DNA of 64,000 bases. Source: Lama glama. Its lineage: Eukaryota. Shown piece by piece: positions 62,516 through 64,000 of this stretch. The notes beneath the pieces are model-generated. The model did not search any database and had not been told where the DNA came from. It worked only from the letters and a program-made list of their open reading frames with translations. Both the position numbers and the translations under genes were made by a program. The stretch is taken from assembly GCA_028534125.1 (NCBI GenBank), contig CM052816.1, forward strand, positions 49,850,001-49,914,000, read 5' to 3'. Within the stretch, counting starts at the first letter, position 1, and each line of letters begins with the position of its first letter.

Positions 62516-64000
62516 GGGATGGCCATTTTCCCTGGAATCTATTTTCTTGTGTCCAACTGATGATAAAATTATGATGAGAAAATGAAATATACACTCAAGG
62601 TTCACCCTTGCTAGCCTCTGTTTTTTTAATATGAAACAAAGTTCTTTATACAATTGCTCAAGTGTCTTTAGGTAATAGTAATGACAATAATGATAGAACG
62701 AACCAGATAAATAACCAAAACTAACACTGACATACACAAGATATGTATACTCTTTCTTGACACACTAAACTAGTCTGAGCCCACAGGCCTAACTTCAGTC
62801 CTGAACAGAAAGTCAGCCTTCATATGTCACCCCTAAGGTTCACTTTCAGGCCAAGCAGACAGACCTTGGCTGGAAAGCTGCTTTTCAGAAAGTCATAAGC
62901 CATTTCTGCACCAAAGGGTCAGTAGAAAGGAGAAAACACCAAAGAGAGACCTGCGAAGGCCCAGAACACTCACATTTGCAAATTCCCCGAACCAAACAGA
63001 GGCTCATTTCTGTACTTCTTGCTTTTCTCTTTGAGACTATAGTCATTTAAATGTAATTTTTCATCCACATGTTCACCCCTTCTATCGAATAACCCATTTT
63101 ATATTTCGTGTTACACTACTGAATCAGTAAGAGAAGTTTTCTTTTTTCTTTTTCTGTGATTCAACAAAAATTCATACTGATAACAAAATGTAGTAGGAAA
63201 TTAACCTGGTTTCTTCACAAGTTCCTTTTCCACTAATCTCTGTGTCTACTTTAATAATTAAGTATTAGAGACCTATAACATGCATTTCTTGGAGTAAGTA
63301 TTGTCTAAGCATTATTGATATTCTGCTTATTTACTTCCCCTGCTATCCAAGACGTCTTATATTCTCCTCATATGCACTCATTTTTTCTAGTAGTGTATTT
63401 GTATTTTTGGAGTTCTGTGCAGTGTATATGCACATCAGCTGGATTCTGAGCAAAAGGCTTTCAGTAATATAATTAAGAGAAAAATTGATGCTTTTAAGAC
63501 TGAAAGATATATTCTAAACAGACACAATAAAGAGAGTGAATATTTTAAAAACAGTATAATCTATATTTTAAAATATTAAGCAAATGAGAAACAATGGGAC
63601 AGAACCTGGCTATAGATTTAAATCCTGAGTGCTAACAGCAGTGGTGTGATGGCAAAGCCAACTCCTATTAATGCTGGCTGCAATCTGATACGGCATTAGA
63701 ATTAATTATTTCTTTTAGGCTCTGGTCAATATGACAGAGCTTCTTGGAGTAAAAATTGGTCAGGGGCGATTTAAACCATTTGATGAAAAATTCTTATGAT
63801 TCAGAAGTCTAAATAAAAACTTCACCACTGCAAAGATAAGTTCCACCTTCGTTCAAGCCTCTAGACTCAAAACATAAAACAAAACAAACACACCTGAATG
63901 TCAAATAAAGAATATTTTCTACATGTTTGAGCTGTAGAGTGCTATGGGGAGGGTCGGGGTGGGGCATTATATAATAAACACCTTCATAAGGGATTTCAGA

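Noticed and set aside
1..64000. Inferring host-gene strand from repeat orientation or base skew
   Set aside because: Signals conflict: large L1s are on plus while most LTRs are on minus, and skew was not computed.

Overview
AT-rich eutherian genomic DNA, intergenic or deep intronic, very probably from a camelid (alpaca, llama or camel). The lineage call rests on three copies of a tRNA-derived SINE matching my recollection of camelid Vic-1, plus cetartiodactyl-type L1 3' UTRs. I find no recognisable cellular protein-coding exon, RNA gene or CRISPR array. ORFs in the track are either decayed transposon fragments or chance and microsatellite ORFs. Main content: a 5'-complete but dead L1 (3917-9861) with an exact 14-bp TSD and a ~1 kb internal deletion; three more L1 pieces; an MLT2 LTR with attached ERV-L integrase/dUTPase remnant; MaLR and ERVL solo LTRs; several hAT fossils, one retaining transposase C-terminal coding sequence; many MIR/L2 relics and microsatellites; a perfect 50-bp tandem duplication; and several repeat-free, motif-rich blocks that look like enhancers. 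Repeat family names come from remembered consensus sequences, not a database search, and boundaries of old repeats are approximate. I do not see a novel biological system I can support.
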